A stretch of 64,000 nucleotides of DNA from an uncultured Pelagibacteraceae bacterium (GCA_902596185.1 CACJSX010000002.1:10779-74778), one strand, 5' to 3'. Positions 1 to 9,837 are shown, counted from the stretch's first letter. Notes: generated from the letters alone by a model not told the origin. Numbers and translations: made by a program.

Positions 1-2
1 AT

Positions 3-584
3 ATTTGGGCTCAAAGATTATCTTATGTAGGTGAGCTAGGATACGAATTATATGTAGATTTTAAAGATGCAAAAAAAATTTATGAATTAATTGTCGACAA
101 AGGTAAAAATTTTAATCTTTCAAATTGTGGTATGCATGCGATGGATATTATGCGAATGGAAAGTGGATTTTTACATTGGGGACATGACATTTCACCAGAG
201 GAAAATCAATATCAAGCAGGATTGTCTTTCACTATTAGTAAAAAAAAAGTGGTTAAATTTATAGGTCAAGAATCATTGGAAAAAATTAAACAAGAAAAGA
301 CAAAAAGTAGATTTGCAATGTTTACTTTAAAAGACAGTGAACCCGGCAAACCTTTATTACTGCATGATGAGCCAATTTATTTAGATAATAAAATAATTGG
401 CAGAACTACTTCAGGTAACTATTCATTTAATTTTTCGAAGAACTTGTCTTATGGATATATAAATACCAACTTTTCAGACGAGGAATTAGTAAGTAAAAAT
501 CTATTTATAGAGGTAGAAAAACAAAAATATCGTGCAAAAATTCTTTTAAAACCCTTAAAGGGAAGTAATCATAAAAATATTTAG
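3..584 (+). CDS. GcvT-family aminomethyltransferase domain (C-terminus of sarcosine/dimethylglycine dehydrogenase-like protein), 5'-truncated by window
   Basis: Frame open from base 3: IWAQRLSYVGELGYELY, then MRMESGFLHWGHDI and GRTTSGNYS, all GcvT folate-binding/C-terminal motifs. Confidence 0.85.
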   Translation: MWAQRLSYVGELGYELYVDFKDAKKIYELIVDKGKNFNLSNCGMHAMDIMRMESGFLHWGHDISPEENQYQAGLSFTISKKKVVKFIGQESLEKIKQEKTKSRFAMFTLKDSEPGKPLLLHDEPIYLDNKIIGRTTSGNYSFNFSKNLSYGYINTNFSDEELVSKNLFIEVEKQKYRAKILLKPLKGSNHKNI

Positions 585-630
585 AAACTAATTTATTTGT
601 CTTTTAGTAATTAAGGTGATTAAATTGATT

Positions 631-822
631 ATGAAAAATTTTCGACATATAGAGAAAACTGATAAATTTTATTCATTTAAGGAAAAAGAAATAAAGACAA
701 CAAATGTCAACATATTACTTAATAGAGTGAGAACCAGTAAACGAAGAGATATAAAAAAGAAACTTTTTCTGACAACATTAGTTTTTATTCTTTTAAGCAC
801 TTTAAGTTATATTGTCTTTTGA
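631..822 (+). CDS. small hypothetical protein with C-terminal transmembrane segment
   Basis: ATG at 631; basic N-terminus and hydrophobic C-terminus LFLTTLVFILLSTLSYIVF. Confidence 0.6.
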   Translation: MKNFRHIEKTDKFYSFKEKEIKTTNVNILLNRVRTSKRRDIKKKLFLTTLVFILLSTLSYIVF

Positions 823-858
823 AGAGATAAACTTATAAAATAATCTCATATATTTATT

Positions 859-1911
859 ATGACGAAAATAAATATTATCTATCTTTTGCCAGAGTCTAAA
901 TATCCTGTTGGCGGAGCGAAAGTAATTTATAATCATTCCCATATTCTTAATAATTTAGACAAAAAATTTTCGTCAAAAATTATTCATCTAAAAAAAGGAC
1001 TTTCATATAAATTTGAAACTTCACTTTCAAAAAGAATAGATTTTCTAGGTAATAATTACTCAGGTTGGGAAGTAAACAAAATGAAAGTTAGTAAAAATTT
1101 TTTACCTAATAAAGATTGGTATAATAAAAAAATTAATTTAGGAGATAGTTTAAATTTTAATAATAAGAACGATTTTATAATTTTACCAGAAATTTGGGCA
1201 CACTTTGCAGTTGATTTAGGATTAATAAAAAAAAAAATTAATTATTCAATTTTTGTTCAGGGCTTTTACCACATGAATTCAACAAATAATTATAAAAAAT
1301 TTAAATCTGCCTATGAAAACGCTAAATCGATTATTACTGTTTCTGATTACAGTGTAGCTTACCTTAAAAAAATGTTTCCAAAAATGAAGAATAAAATTCA
1401 AAAATTAAATTTCTCAATAACTGGCAAAATACGCATTAAAAAGAAAAAAAATTTAATTACTTATATGCCACGAAAATTAAAGGATCATTCAAACTTGTTA
1501 ATGTTTTATTTAAATGGGATGATGCCAAAAAATTGGAAAATTATTGCTTTGGAAAATATCTCTGAAAAAAAATTATTTGAAATACTTGCAAGATCAAAAA
1601 TATTTTTATCATTTTCTCACTTAGAGGGCACAGGCATACCTCCAATTGAAGCTGCTCTTTCAGGCAATAAGATAATCGGATATACTGGTGGTGGAGGAAA
1701 TTCTTATTGGAAAAAACCTATTTTCACTAAAGTAGAAAATGGGGAAATTCATGATTATGGTCAAAAAGTATTGAAGTTTATTAAAAAGTATAATTCAAAA
1801 TGGATTAAAGATACTCACAAACAAAGAGTAAAACTATCATCTATTTATTCTGAGGAATCTGAGAAACGATCATTAAAAAAATTTACCAAACATATTTCAA
1901 AGTTTTTTTAA
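859..1911 (+). CDS. GT-B (GT4-like) glycosyltransferase
   Basis: N-terminal PVGGAKVIY and C-terminal EGTGIPPIEAALSG (EGFGLPxxEA-like) motifs. Confidence 0.7.
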   Translation: MTKINIIYLLPESKYPVGGAKVIYNHSHILNNLDKKFSSKIIHLKKGLSYKFETSLSKRIDFLGNNYSGWEVNKMKVSKNFLPNKDWYNKKINLGDSLNFNNKNDFIILPEIWAHFAVDLGLIKKKINYSIFVQGFYHMNSTNNYKKFKSAYENAKSIITVSDYSVAYLKKMFPKMKNKIQKLNFSITGKIRIKKKKNLITYMPRKLKDHSNLLMFYLNGMMPKNWKIIALENISEKKLFEILARSKIFLSFSHLEGTGIPPIEAALSGNKIIGYTGGGGNSYWKKPIFTKVENGEIHDYGQKVLKFIKKYNSKWIKDTHKQRVKLSSIYSEESEKRSLKKFTKHISKFF

Positions 1912-1945
1912 TATTAAATTAAAAAAAACAGTCAGCAAAACTTGT

Positions 1946-1973
1946 TTGCAACAAAAATAAAAAGTAGTATAAA
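1946..1973 (+). promoter_or_regulatory. putative sigma70 promoter of tRNA-Met
   Basis: TTGCAA (1946-1951), 16 nt spacer, TATAAA (1968-1973), 16 nt upstream of the tRNA. Confidence 0.45.
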
Positions 1974-1989
1974 CCAACAATTATTTAAT

Positions 1990-2066
1990 GGCGGGGTAGC
2001 TCAGTTGGTTAGAGCGCGGGACTCATAAGCCCGAGGTCAGTGGTTCGATCCCACTTCCCGCTACCA
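1990..2066 (+). tRNA. tRNA-Met(CAT), elongator type
   Basis: 77-nt cloverleaf GGCGGGG...CTCATAA...TTCGATC...TCCCGCTACCA with encoded CCA; 1-72 paired (G-U), G2-C71/C3-G70, no initiator C1:A72 mismatch. Confidence 0.95.
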
Positions 2067-2072
2067 TATATT

Positions 2073-2588
2073 ATGAAAGATATATACATTAGTTGGGAAG
2101 ATTATCACAAGAAGATAGAGCACTTAGCCAAAAAAATTCACGAAGATAATTGCAAATTTAATCAAATTATTTGTATTGCAAAAGGTGGGTTAAGAGTTGG
2201 AGATATTTTTAGTAGATTATTTAATGTTCCATTAGCAATATTATCTGTCGAGTCTTATCATGGAGACAGTGATGATATTAAAAATCAACAAGGACAATTC
2301 ACCTTTTCAAGAGATTTGGCAAAAACTACACCTAACTTAGGCTCTCATGTTTTGTTAGTTGACGATCTTGCTGATTCAGGAAAAACATTAATTAAAAGTA
2401 TTAAGTGGCTTGAGCATTTTTATGGTTTTTATTTTGATGAAAAAATAAAAACGGCTGTGATTTGGCATAAATCAACTTCAAAATTTATACCTGATTATTC
2501 TGTAGATTACTTGGAAGATTCTCCTTGGATACATATGCCTTTTGAGAAATATGAAACTACAAATATAAAAAATTTTAAATTTGAGTAA
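2073..2588 (+). CDS. purine phosphoribosyltransferase (xanthine/guanine/hypoxanthine PRT-like)
   Basis: PRPP-binding motif VLLVDDLADSGKTL, IAKGG, C-terminal WIHMPFE; ATG 2073 chosen because the track start overlaps the tRNA. Confidence 0.85.
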   Translation: MKDIYISWEDYHKKIEHLAKKIHEDNCKFNQIICIAKGGLRVGDIFSRLFNVPLAILSVESYHGDSDDIKNQQGQFTFSRDLAKTTPNLGSHVLLVDDLADSGKTLIKSIKWLEHFYGFYFDEKIKTAVIWHKSTSKFIPDYSVDYLEDSPWIHMPFEKYETTNIKNFKFE

Positions 2589-2592
2589 TTAA

Positions 2593-3627
2593 TTATCTTA
2601 TTAAACTATCATTAAACTGATTGGATACTCTAACAAATGTTGTACATTTACTTAATTGTTTAAGTGAGGGAGCACCAACATAAGTACAGCTGCTTCTTAC
2701 ACCACCAAGAATATTTAAAATTGTATCATTAATTTTTCCTCTATATTTTACTCGCACTTTCCTTCCTTCACTACTTCTATAAGACGAAAGTCCGCCATAA
2801 TGTTTTTTATTTGCAATTTCAGAACTAGAACCATAAAACTCAATAAACTTATTCCCATTAACTTTTACAATTTTACCATTTCCTTCATCATGGCCTGCTA
2901 ACATTCCTCCTAACATTACAAAATCAGCACCACCACCAAAACCTTTTGCAACATCACCAGGACAGGTGCATCCACCGTCTGCTATCACATGTGCACCAAG
3001 TCCATGAGCTGCATCAGCACATTCGATTACAGCACTCAATTGAGGGTAACCTACTCCAGTTTGAATTCTTGTTGTACAAACACTCCCAGGTCCAATTCCT
3101 ACTTTAACAATATCTGCACCACTTAGAACTAATTCTTGGGTCATATCAGCAGTCACCACGTTACCAGCTATGATAGTTTTTGTTGGATATTTATCTCTTA
3201 CTGATTTAATAAAATTAGTGAAATGTTCTGAGTATCCATTTGCTACATCAATACAAATAAACTTAAAAAAACTAAATTCTTTCAAAACTTTATCTAAATT
3301 TTCAAAATCTTCTTTTTTTATTCCAACGCTTAAAGCAATATTAGGATAGATTTTTTTAATATTTTTATTCTGTTTAATTTTTTTCACATCATGTTGTTTA
3401 GTTAAACATGTTATCATTCCATGATCATTTAAATTTTCAGCAATACTTAATTCTCCTACTCCATCCATATTTGCTGCCATGATTGGAATGCCTGACCATT
3501 CGTTTTTACTATATTTAAATCTATAAGTTCTTAATAAATTTACATCTTTACGACTTTTTAAAGTACTTCTTTTTGGTCTAAACAAAACGTCAGAATAATC
3601 TAATTTTAATTCTTCTTCTATTCTCAT
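2593..3627 (-). CDS. guaC: GMP reductase
   Basis: [48 protein letters not shown]. Confidence 0.97.
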   Translation of the reverse strand: MRIEEELKLDYSDVLFRPKRSTLKSRKDVNLLRTYRFKYSKNEWSGIPIMAANMDGVGELSIAENLNDHGMITCLTKQHDVKKIKQNKNIKKIYPNIALSVGIKKEDFENLDKVLKEFSFFKFICIDVANGYSEHFTNFIKSVRDKYPTKTIIAGNVVTADMTQELVLSGADIVKVGIGPGSVCTTRIQTGVGYPQLSAVIECADAAHGLGAHVIADGGCTCPGDVAKGFGGGADFVMLGGMLAGHDEGNGKIVKVNGNKFIEFYGSSSEIANKKHYGGLSSYRSSEGRKVRVKYRGKINDTILNILGGVRSSCTYVGAPSLKQLSKCTTFVRVSNQFNDSLIR

Positions 3628-3676
3628 TGATGTTTAAATTATCTTTGTAAAAGGATATTTCAATTTAAATATTGGT

Positions 3677-3685
3677 TGTGGATAA
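3677..3685 (-). promoter_or_regulatory. perfect DnaA box upstream of guaC
   Basis: TGTGGATAA (reverse complement TTATCCACA) in a 198-bp intergenic region; single box. Confidence 0.4.
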
Positions 3686-3825
3686 GTATTTTCAAAAATA
3701 CAAAAGTATTGTAAATCAACAAAAATAAATTGATTTTATAAAATATAATAAAGCTAATCTAAGGTTAAATTGTTATTCTAATCAAATTGTAATAATTCAA
3801 TCACAATTATTTAAAATTAATAGAT

Positions 3826-4350
3826 TTAGATTAATTTTTTTAAATCTTTGAAACTAAAATTATTTTTGTCTTTTTGAGAGATTATTAATTTTTTCTTGGG
3901 CCAAACAATATTAAGGTCACTATCATTCCATAAAATTCCTGTCTCCGACTCTGAATGACGGTATTTTGAACATTTGTAATGTAATACAACATCATCTGTA
4001 AGAGTGCAAAATCCATGAGCAAAACCTGCAGGAATTAATAATGATTTATTCTCTTTTTCTGAAAGATAAATACTAAAATATTTACCAAATGTCTTTGAAT
4101 TCTTTCTACAATCAACGCAAACATCATATATTTTTCCATGCAGCACAGTAATTAATTTCGCTTGAGGATTTTTTAGTTGTAAATGCAATCCTCTTAAGAC
4201 ATTTTTTTTTGAATAAGACATTACATCAAAAGGAAATTTAGTATTGAAATGTTTTTGAAGATAAAGTTCTCTAAAGTATCCTCTTTTATCCTTAAATGTT
4301 TTTTTATCGTAAATTAGTAGATCTTTAAATTTGGTTTTAATTATTTTCAT
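3826..4350 (-). CDS. rfbC: dTDP-4-dehydrorhamnose 3,5-epimerase
   Basis: DKRGYFRE, VLRGLHLQ, QAKL, IPAGFAHGF; ATG 4350 overlaps upstream stop. Confidence 0.93.
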   Translation of the reverse strand: MKIIKTKFKDLLIYDKKTFKDKRGYFRELYLQKHFNTKFPFDVMSYSKKNVLRGLHLQLKNPQAKLITVLHGKIYDVCVDCRKNSKTFGKYFSIYLSEKENKSLLIPAGFAHGFCTLTDDVVLHYKCSKYRHSESETGILWNDSDLNIVWPKKKLIISQKDKNNFSFKDLKKLI

Positions 4351-5543
4351 TCTTTTATAAATTTTTTGAAAGTTAAACAAATATAGTTCAATTCTGATTT
4401 ATTCATTCCTTGATGGCAACCAAGTAAAATTCCATTTTTCATAACATCATTTGCTACTTCATCACAATCAGGATGTTTTTTATAAGCTCTATTTTTCATT
4501 ACTGGTTGTCTTAAGATATTTCCAGTAAAAATTGTTCTGGTTTGAATGTTATTTTTTTCAAAAAATGTTTGCATCATTTTTCTATTAAATTTTTTATTTT
4601 TCTTAATTACAAGTGGAAAAGCTAACCATGGTGTTTTAACACCGTTATTTTGTTCAGGTAATTTAAAATAGTTTTTATAATTACTAAAAAATTTTTTTAA
4701 ATATTCAAAATTCCTATTTCTTATTGAAATATTGTCTTTGAGTTTTTTTAATTGTTCAAGCGCAAAAGCTGCTGATATTTCCGAGGGTAAAAAATTATAT
4801 CCTAAATCAGAAAAGATATATTTTGCATCATAATCTATGCCCGAAACTTTAACGCTAAATCTTTTGGTTGCGTTTTCAGACTCATTAAATGTTGCTGAAG
4901 ATCTTCCCCAGCCTCTTAAAAGTTTTGCCTTTTGATACAAGTTATAGTCATTAAAACAAACTATTCCTCCAGTACCAGCTCCATTAATGATGTGTGATGC
5001 ATAGAAACTATTAGTGACGATGTCTGAATATTTACCTAAGTTTTTTTTATTAACTGTATAACCAATTGTATCCGCTGAGTCCTCGATTATTTTGAGCTTA
5101 TATTTTTTAGCAATTTTATAAATTTTTTTCCAATCAGCGATGTTACCTAGTAAATTAGGTATCATTAAAGCAACAGTTTTTTTATTTATACATCTTTCTA
5201 TTTTAGAGGGATCAGTAACAAATTTATTTTTTTCTACACCAACAAAGTGAGGTATCAATCCTAATTGATAAATGGGTGCGACTGTCGTTGAAAAAGTTAA
5301 ATTTGGAGTAATAATTTCTGAACCTTTTTTAAATTTATATGCTGAAAGCGCTAAAAGATTTGCTGAGGAACCTGAATTAACCATCAGACCATACTTTTTT
5401 CCAAAAATTTTAGAAACTTTCCTTTCAAGATATTTTACTTTTTTTCCATCAATAAGAGACAAGCTATCATTTTTCAGAACACTTAATACTGCATTTATTT
5501 CTTTGTGATCGTATACAGCTTTACCATAATAAATTTTTTTCAT
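4347..5543 (-). CDS. DegT/DnrJ-fold B6-dependent NDP-4-keto-6-deoxyhexose 3-dehydratase-like protein (RfbH/ColD type)
   Basis: VNSGSSANLLA, IEDSAD, SFYASH with His in place of the Schiff-base Lys, GYNF. Confidence 0.75.
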   Translation of the reverse strand: MKKIYYGKAVYDHKEINAVLSVLKNDSLSLIDGKKVKYLERKVSKIFGKKYGLMVNSGSSANLLALSAYKFKKGSEIITPNLTFSTTVAPIYQLGLIPHFVGVEKNKFVTDPSKIERCINKKTVALMIPNLLGNIADWKKIYKIAKKYKLKIIEDSADTIGYTVNKKNLGKYSDIVTNSFYASHIINGAGTGGIVCFNDYNLYQKAKLLRGWGRSSATFNESENATKRFSVKVSGIDYDAKYIFSDLGYNFLPSEISAAFALEQLKKLKDNISIRNRNFEYLKKFFSNYKNYFKLPEQNNGVKTPWLAFPLVIKKNKKFNRKMMQTFFEKNNIQTRTIFTGNILRQPVMKNRAYKKHPDCDEVANDVMKNGILLGCHQGMNKSELNYICLTFKKFIKE

Positions 5544-5583
5544 TGGTCGTATTTAGCTAATATTAAAAAAAACTCAATTAAAT

Positions 5584-6435
5584 TTATCCAGTAATTACAT
5601 TAATTATATCCTCAATTTTACTGTTAAGCGGTTTCCAATTTTTGAGAATATTATACTTATAAGTTTTTTCTTTAATAACCTTATCTGACAGCCATCTCAC
5701 TTTAATTTTTTTTTCAGAAATTTTGTTCAATTGTTTTATAATATTAATTATTTTAAAATCATTTTTGTTAGAAAGTAGATATGAACCAGATTTATATTTA
5801 TTTTTTAAAATTAAAATTAGAGCATTATTAATATCTACAACATTAAGCAAATTAAGATATAAATTTTTAGAAATTATTTTTGTCTGTAAATTTTTTTTAT
5901 AGTTATTTTTTAATATGTTGATAATTTTATTTCTTTTATCATTTTTCCCAAAAGTATCTGAAATGGTTAAATTCAAAAAACTTATATTATTTAGTTTTTT
6001 TTTGTAAAAATTCATTATTTTAGTAAAATTCGATTTATACACAGAGTATAAATTGAAATTATTATCTTTTTTACCATCATAGTTCTCCCAAACTGTTGAA
6101 AAATTAATAAATTTTGTTACACCCATGCACTCAAGATTTTCTAAAAGTACATTACCAAATAATATATTTGAATCACTTAATTTTTTTAAATCTTCAAATT
6201 TATGATGTTTAACATAATGGGTAGCACAATGAATAACAGTATTAACTTTTAATTTTTTTAATTTTTTACTTAAAACCTCATAGTTATTAAAAAAAATTTT
6301 TACAACATTTTTATTATTTGTAATTTTTTTTGTCTTTGCTCTCAAAGTTATGTAAATTTTATAATTTTTTGATAATTCTTTAAGTAACTGTGATCCTATG
6401 AAACCTGTTGAACCTGTTAATATTATTTTTTTCAC
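5584..6435 (-). CDS. NAD-dependent epimerase/reductase (extended SDR)
   Basis: ILTGSTGFIG Rossmann motif, YSVYK catalytic YxxxK. Confidence 0.8.
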   Translation of the reverse strand: MKKIILTGSTGFIGSQLLKELSKNYKIYITLRAKTKKITNNKNVVKIFFNNYEVLSKKLKKLKVNTVIHCATHYVKHHKFEDLKKLSDSNILFGNVLLENLECMGVTKFINFSTVWENYDGKKDNNFNLYSVYKSNFTKIMNFYKKKLNNISFLNLTISDTFGKNDKRNKIINILKNNYKKNLQTKIISKNLYLNLLNVVDINNALILILKNKYKSGSYLLSNKNDFKIINIIKQLNKISEKKIKVRWLSDKVIKEKTYKYNILKNWKPLNSKIEDIINVITG

Positions 6436-6439
6436 TAAT

Positions 6440-7312
6440 TTATTTAATTAAATTTCTTAAGTAATTTGAATATTCACACTTTCCATAAAACTTTATTTGA
6501 TTTTGAATTTCCTTTTTTTTAATCCATCCATTTAGATGTGCTATTTCTTCTATGCAGGCAATTTTTAATCCCTGTCTATTTTCTATAGCCTGAACAAAAG
6601 CAGAAGTCTTGTAATAATCACTAATTGACCCAGTATCTAGCCAAGCTCCACCACGTCCAATAAATTCTGCTGTGAGTTTATTTTTAATTTTATATTTATT
6701 TATTAGATCAATTATCTCCAATTCTCCTCTTTTTGAGGGTTTTAATTCTTTTGCATAATTGACGACATTTTTATCAAAAAAATATAAACCAGTAATTGCG
6801 TGGTTAGAAACAAATTTTTTTGGTTTTTCAATAATTTTTAAAATTTTTTTATTTTTATTATTAATCTTTGCTACACCAAATAATTCTGGATTTTGAACAC
6901 TATGAAGAATTATTTTTGCACCGTTTTTCAATTTTGCACAATTATGCAAAAGTTTTGATAAATTTTGACCGTAAAAAAAATTATCACCAAGTATCATTGC
7001 TACATTAGATTGATTTATAAATTTTTCACCTAATATGAACGCATCAGGTAAGCCTCTAGGTCTATCTTGTTCTTTAAAAGTAATATTTAGTCCTAAATTC
7101 TTTCCATTAGGTAATAATTTTTTGTATTGATTTAATTGCCCCTTGTTAACAATAATTAAAATATTTTTTATTTTTGCTAACATCAAAATTGACAATGGAT
7201 AATAAATTAAAGGTTTATCATATATTGGAAGCAATTGTTTATTAACAGCCTTTGTTAAAGGACTCATTCTAGTACCCATTCCTCCAGCTAAAATAATTCC
7301 TTTATTTATCAT
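6440..7312 (-). CDS. rfbA: glucose-1-phosphate thymidylyltransferase
   Basis: GIILAGGMGTRM, KQLLPIYDKP, LGDN, EKP, SKRGELEI, WLDTG. Confidence 0.95.
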   Translation of the reverse strand: MINKGIILAGGMGTRMSPLTKAVNKQLLPIYDKPLIYYPLSILMLAKIKNILIIVNKGQLNQYKKLLPNGKNLGLNITFKEQDRPRGLPDAFILGEKFINQSNVAMILGDNFFYGQNLSKLLHNCAKLKNGAKIILHSVQNPELFGVAKINNKNKKILKIIEKPKKFVSNHAITGLYFFDKNVVNYAKELKPSKRGELEIIDLINKYKIKNKLTAEFIGRGGAWLDTGSISDYYKTSAFVQAIENRQGLKIACIEEIAHLNGWIKKKEIQNQIKFYGKCEYSNYLRNLIK

Positions 7313-8321
7313 TTTTTCCTAATCTCTTTGTTATATCTGTTTTTGATAAAGAATTATAATATGTTTTGTTATTGTTATACCAATTAAAAGTTAATCGTAT
7401 TCCTTCATTAAAATTTGTTTTAGGATGCCATTTTAATTTTTTTTTTATTTTATTGCTATCAAGAGCATATCTTACGTCATGGCCAGGTCTGTCTTTTATA
7501 AAATTTATTTTTACATTTTTCCCCAGTGAAAGTATTTTTTTTGACTCAGAAATTAGTTTATTACAAACCTCAATATTATTTAAATTTTTATTTGAGCCGA
7601 TATTATAAAATTCTCCTATTTTTCCTTTTTCATAAACTTTTATAAGGGCTTCACAATGATCTTTAACATAAATCCATTCTCTAGAATTTTTGCCTTTTCC
7701 ATAAATTGGTAAAGGATTGTTGTTTAAAATATTATAAATTAATTTTGGTATAAGTTTTTCAGGATGTTGTTTAGGACCATAATTATTTGAACAATTCGTC
7801 ACAATTGCAGGTATCTTATAAGTTCTAATGTAAGAGCTAACTAAATGATCTGAGGCTGCTTTACTAGCCGCATAAGGCGAACTTGGTTGATAGGCATAAC
7901 TTTCAGAAGACCTACCTTTTAATACATCTCCATAAACTTCATCTGTTGAAATATGAATCAATTTAGATTTATATTTTTTTGTTAAATCTTTAAAGCCTTC
8001 AAGTAAATTGAAAACACCCACAATATTACTTTGAATAAAACTCTCTGGATTATCTATTGACCTATCAACATGGGTTTCAGCAGCCAGATTAAATAAACAT
8101 GAGGGTTTAAGTTTTAATAATATTTTTCTAAATTTATACTCCTTTATATCACATTTAATAAAATTGTAATTTTTTGAATTCTTAAATTCCTTTATATTAT
8201 AGAAATTTGAAGAATAGGTAACCTTATCTATATTTATAACTTTGTAATTTTTTTTCAGTAAAAGTTCAATTAAGTTACTACCTATAAAACCTAAACCACC
8301 GGTTACAATTATTTTTTTCAT
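7302..8321 (-). CDS. rfbB: dTDP-glucose 4,6-dehydratase
   Basis: TGGLGFIG, AAETHVDRSI, STDEVYG, YAASK, DRPGHD. Confidence 0.96.
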   Translation of the reverse strand: MKKIIVTGGLGFIGSNLIELLLKKNYKVINIDKVTYSSNFYNIKEFKNSKNYNFIKCDIKEYKFRKILLKLKPSCLFNLAAETHVDRSIDNPESFIQSNIVGVFNLLEGFKDLTKKYKSKLIHISTDEVYGDVLKGRSSESYAYQPSSPYAASKAASDHLVSSYIRTYKIPAIVTNCSNNYGPKQHPEKLIPKLIYNILNNNPLPIYGKGKNSREWIYVKDHCEALIKVYEKGKIGEFYNIGSNKNLNNIEVCNKLISESKKILSLGKNVKINFIKDRPGHDVRYALDSNKIKKKLKWHPKTNFNEGIRLTFNWYNNNKTYYNSLSKTDITKRLGKNDK

Positions 8322-8381
8322 CAGTTAAATTATTTTTTTACATTAGTAAAAAGTATTAGTATATTTTGATACACATATCAT

Positions 8382-9272
8382 ATGTCAATATCTAGGCAAA
8401 CTTTAACAATCGTAATTGTCACTTTTAAAAGTGAAAAAGTAATTGATAATTGTATCAAATCTATATCTGATCAAATTAAAATAATAGTAGTTGATAATTC
8501 AAATGATCAAAATTTTAAAGATAGTTTGGAAAAAAAGTATGAAAATGTTGAGTGTATATTATCATCTTCAAATTTAGGAATGGGTTCAGGGAACAATTTA
8601 GGACTTAATAATGTAAAGACTGATTATGCTTTAATACTTAATCCAGATGTAATTTTACAAGATAATACAATTAGTGAAATTATTAATGAATCAAAAAAAA
8701 TAGAGTCATTTGCTGTACTTGCTCCATTATCAGAAGACGATAAGTATCCAAATTATAAAATTAAACAAGAAGATAAAAAAAATATAAATAATCTAAATCC
8801 GTTTAAGGTCAAAAGTGTTGATGGATTTGCAATGCTTTTAAATTTAAATAAAATAAATCAAGTAAATGATTTTCGAAATAAAAAATATTTTGATGAAAAT
8901 TTTTTCATGTATCTTGAAAATGATGATTTTTGTAAAAGATTAAGTCAGTGTAATCAAAATATTTTTATAATTCCAAAATCGAGGATTAAACATCTTGGAG
9001 CTAGAGCAGTTAGTGATGAATATGCGTATGAAGTTGAGCTTTCAAGAAATTGGCATTGGATATGGTCAAAATTTTATTACAACAAAAAACATTTCGGGTT
9101 TTCATTTGCTTTGTTAAATGGTTTGCCTGTATTTTTATCTGCAATTACAAAAGTTTTATTTTACTTTTTTATAAATAAAAAAAAGAAACAGATATATTTG
9201 CAAAGATGTCGTGGATATCTAAATGCTTTATTTGGAAAAAAATCTTTTTATAGACCTAAAATAAATATTTAA
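8382..9272 (+). CDS. GT2 family glycosyltransferase
   Basis: IVIVTF, VVDNS, NLGMGSGNN, LILNPD, FDENFFMYLE. Confidence 0.88.
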   Translation: MSISRQTLTIVIVTFKSEKVIDNCIKSISDQIKIIVVDNSNDQNFKDSLEKKYENVECILSSSNLGMGSGNNLGLNNVKTDYALILNPDVILQDNTISEIINESKKIESFAVLAPLSEDDKYPNYKIKQEDKKNINNLNPFKVKSVDGFAMLLNLNKINQVNDFRNKKYFDENFFMYLENDDFCKRLSQCNQNIFIIPKSRIKHLGARAVSDEYAYEVELSRNWHWIWSKFYYNKKHFGFSFALLNGLPVFLSAITKVLFYFFINKKKKQIYLQRCRGYLNALFGKKSFYRPKINI

Positions 9273-9796
9273 TGACCTGGAAATTCAATTAGGTTTTCTA
9301 CTTTGTAATTTTTTTTTATTAAATTTTCACATCCTCCTAGATCGAACAAATTAATTACAAATATGAATGAAGCAACTTTACCATTTGAAATTTCAATTAG
9401 TTCTGCTGCAGCTTCAGCAGTGCCACCTGTTGCTATTAAATCATCAATGATTAAAACTTTGTCTTCTTCATTTATAGAGTCTTTGTGAACCTCAATAGTC
9501 GCAGTTCCATACTCTAACTCAAAATCTACAGAATGGACTTCTGCAGGTAGTTTATTTTTCTTTCTAAGCATTATAAACGGTTTTTTTAAAATATATGATA
9601 CTGCTGAAGCAAATACAAAACCCCTGGACTCTATTGCTGCAATTTTTGTAAAATTGTATTTTTTTGATCTTTCAACTATTTGATTAATTGTTTCGCTAAA
9701 TGCGTTTTCATCTTTAATCAATGTAGTTATGTCTCTAAATAAAATACCTTTTTTTGGGTAATCAGGTATTGATCTAATATAATTTTTTAAGTTCAT
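9269..9796 (-). CDS. apt: adenine phosphoribosyltransferase
   Basis: PDYPKKGILFRDIT, ESRGF, LEYG, IIDDLIATGGT. Confidence 0.97.
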   Translation of the reverse strand: MNLKNYIRSIPDYPKKGILFRDITTLIKDENAFSETINQIVERSKKYNFTKIAAIESRGFVFASAVSYILKKPFIMLRKKNKLPAEVHSVDFELEYGTATIEVHKDSINEEDKVLIIDDLIATGGTAEAAAELIEISNGKVASFIFVINLFDLGGCENLIKKNYKVENLIEFPGH

Positions 9797-9837
9797 AATA
9801 GTAGAATATAAAAGTATAAATAAATAAATTTTAAATT

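Noticed and set aside
2040-2072. ORF-track N-terminal extension MVRSHFPLPYI of the PRTase
   Set aside because: It is the T-arm and acceptor stem of tRNA-Met; ATG 2073 is the plausible start
3628-3825. Replication origin
   Set aside because: Only one clear DnaA box, no CtrA TTAA-N7-TTAA found, and no origin-linked genes nearby
1990-9272. tRNA-anchored integrative island carrying the glycan genes
   Set aside because: No integrase and no duplicated tRNA 3' end seen; only an 8-nt chance match (CGCTACCA) inside trpB2
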